Part shown: positions 4,750-6,450 of the stretch, piece after piece
Layout: each line of letters begins with the position of its first letter
Numbering within the stretch: the stretch's first letter is position 1
DNA from: Promethearchaeota archaeon
GTDB taxonomy: Archaea > Asgardarchaeota > Thorarchaeia > Thorarchaeales > Thorarchaeaceae
NCBI GenBank assembly: GCA_027031765.1
Contig: JALVPN010000198.1
Coordinates: forward strand, 1-6,450
Reading direction: 5' to 3'
Length of the DNA: 6,450 nt
Notes under the pieces: generated by a model
What the model saw: only the letters and a program-made list of their open reading frames with translations
The model's database searches: none
Told to the model about the DNA's origin: nothing
Translations under genes and position numbers: made by a program

Positions 4750-6450
4750 TCACCTATGGCGGCCAACAGGACCAGCGCCCTGTGCCTCGACCCCTGTAAT
4801 CCCTTTGCCCCTGTTCTGTGACCCGGTTGGCGGTGTGTCGGACAGCCTGAGTATGCTCTGTATGACCCGTCTGGCCACGTAGAGGTACGCTACCAGGGGT
4901 GGCAACAGCACCAGTGGAGAAATGGTGGCTATCGAGTGGTAGACTGGGAACTCAAGCATGCAGGTCCTGTTGCCAGCCGACGACACCATGTCGACACGCA
5001 GGACATGCGTACCTGAGAGCACCGGCATGAACTGGGCAGCAAGGTGATACCAGTCTGGCACCCCCGTCTGCTGTACTACAACGGAGCCGTCAGGGGCGCG
5101 CACTGTGAGCGACACCTCCGTGTCCTCAGGGCCAAAGACATCAACACTCACCTGGAACACCTGGCCCGTCTGAAGACCATCGACACCGACACTGTGGATG
5201 ACAGGTCTACGGGGCACCGAAGATGACACGAGGCGCTCTAGGAAGAGGAGGTTGTCGGCGCCGAGAAGCGCCCCATCGCCCATTGCGATGTCATCAACAA
5301 TGGACGACGAAGACAGTACGACCACGTTGCCCACTGATGGGTCTGTCCGTGCCAGGACCGCACCTGAGGCTGGGGTGTCCGTCAAGACCAGCCCCTTGGC
5401 AGTGGTGTTATCGGTGACCTGGACCAGTGCACCCCAAGCGACATACAGGGCCCGCACCCCATCCGTCAGCTCATCAGGTACGACCGTACCACCGTGGCCC
5501 GTGCCGTACAATTCACCGTGACGCAGGTCGTAGCCAGCGCCAACGCCTGTGCGAGTGAACCGCAGCCCGTATGGTGTCAGCAGGTTGTTGAGGTCACCGG
5601 TCCACCCAGTGTATGCACCCTCATCCGGGGCCCCCGGATACGTGCCCATGACAAGCAGCGTGCCACCACTGGCCACGAAGTCCCTCACGGCATCCCACTC
5701 AGACGCCGTATGGTTCCTGGTCGAAGCGACAATCACCAGTACGTCGACGAGCTGCAGCCAGTCACCACTCATCTCATCCGTGTGGGTCTCCACCACTACA
5801 TTGTCCTCTGCATAGAGCCGGGCCAGTGTGGTCCAGTAGACTGACGGCGTCAGTGGGACACCGTGGCCCATGTCGACCGCAACACGTCCACCAAACGGGT
5901 GCACCAGGAACCCAATCGGGATGCTGAGCATCACACCTGACAGGCCGACCAGGTCTAGTGCTCCAGGGTACGCAGCGTAGTCCTCTGGCCGCGCCCTCGA
6001 CGGGACACAGAACGACACCTCGAAGCCCGAGTAGCCACGGTATACGTCCAGGCGGTCTTCAGAGAGATCGATGTACGGCGACGCATTGCCCCTCACCGAC
6101 AGGGTGACGGCCCCGACGGGTTCTGTCGATATGACCGTCACCTCCTGCGTAAGTGAGGCGCCGTCTGGAGCACACACCCGGTCACCCACCGGCAGCGTGG
6201 GGAGCCTGCATGGTGCTGCCACCACAGTCGGCTGTACGGCACTGCTGACGAGTGCGAGCGACGCTGTCAGGTTCAGGGCCCCTGCACCCTGTTCCATCGG
6301 GTCGGCACCGGTATCATCCGCCCCGGCCATCAGCGCCACCTTGATGTCAAGTGGGGTCGCAGATGGTACGGCTTGGAGGAGGAGCGCCACAGCACCCGCC
6401 ACCTGCGGCGCTGCAGAAGATGTGCCTGAGAAGAGGGTATAGTACTGGCC
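4750..6450 (-). CDS. Membrane-anchored S8 (subtilase) serine peptidase, 5'-truncated (566 C-terminal aa visible): S8 catalytic C-terminus, beta-sandwich, GIFT/DUF4350-like domain, Ig-like domain, TM helix and tail
   Basis: The frame is open from the window edge (6450) and reads GQYYTLFSGTSSAAPQVAGAVALLLQAVPSATPLDIKVALMAGA...EQGAGALNL. GTSSAAP is the subtilase nucleophile motif (Ser codon 6418-6420). The ORF-track GTG start at 6402 lies inside this helix and is not the real start. The alpha/beta domain at ~5221-5886 has RVAVDMGHG, VDVLVI, DFVASGGTLLVMG, LNNLL..YGLRF and GNVVVL. A hydrophobic segment at 4873-4932 is followed by RR. TGA at 4750-4752. Confidence 0.9.
   Translation of the reverse strand, partial: GQYYTLFSGTSSAAPQVAGAVALLLQAVPSATPLDIKVALMAGADDTGADPMEQGAGALNLTASLALVSSAVQPTVVAAPCRLPTLPVGDRVCAPDGASLTQEVTVISTEPVGAVTLSVRGNASPYIDLSEDRLDVYRGYSGFEVSFCVPSRARPEDYAAYPGALDLVGLSGVMLSIPIGFLVHPFGGRVAVDMGHGVPLTPSVYWTTLARLYAEDNVVVETHTDEMSGDWLQLVDVLVIVASTRNHTASEWDAVRDFVASGGTLLVMGTYPGAPDEGAYTGWTGDLNNLLTPYGLRFTRTGVGAGYDLRHGELYGTGHGGTVVPDELTDGVRALYVAWGALVQVTDNTTAKGLVLTDTPASGAVLARTDPSVGNVVVLSSSSIVDDIAMGDGALLGADNLLFLERLVSSSVPRRPVIHSVGVDGLQTGQVFQVSVDVFGPEDTEVSLTVRAPDGSVVVQQTGVPDWYHLAAQFMPVLSGTHVLRVDMVSSAGNRTCMLEFPVYHSIATISPLVLLPPLVAYLYVARRVIQSILRLSDTPPTGSQNRGKGITGVEAQGAGPVGRHR

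Noticed and set aside
4660-4752. Possible TGA (Sec) readthrough of the subtilase into a hydrophobic QCALLVAILSIVV stretch
   Set aside because: The extension would run antisense through cobB, there is no redox motif or SECIS-like structure, and the protein already ends in a normal tail.
3646-4882. ORFs overlapping cobB and the flanking gaps (3646..4236, 3649..3867, 4308..4766, 4324..4704, 4637..4882 and others)
   Set aside because: They have no family motifs, Arg/Pro/Cys-rich shadow composition, and conflict with the well-supported sirtuin.
6071-6442. 123-aa plus-strand ORF and other ORFs within 5044-5844
   Set aside because: They are antisense shadows of the subtilase gene.

Overview
GC-rich window of probably archaeal origin with four protein-coding genes. 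The protein styles resemble Asgard/Thorarchaeota-type proteins; this is an inference from resemblance. In order: (1) the last ~60 codons of a histidine-kinase-type HATPase_c protein on + (<2..187), which the ORF track misses. (2) A 978-aa type I membrane, Cys-rich NosD/CASH-type right-handed beta-helix surface protein on - (574..3510), with three internal ~175-aa modules, an Ig-like domain, a poly-Thr stalk and a C-terminal TM helix. (3) A class III sirtuin (CobB-type NAD-dependent deacylase) on + (about 3904..4659). (4) The 3' 566 codons of a membrane-anchored S8 subtilase on - (4750..>6450). The best lead is the subtilase: its order of S8 domain, beta-sandwich, GIFT/GATase-like domain, extra Ig-like domain, TM and tail resembles the eukaryotic site-1 protease (MBTPS1/SKI-1). 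No rRNA, tRNA, CRISPR array or mobile element is supported. The other ORF-track entries look like antisense or out-of-frame shadows.
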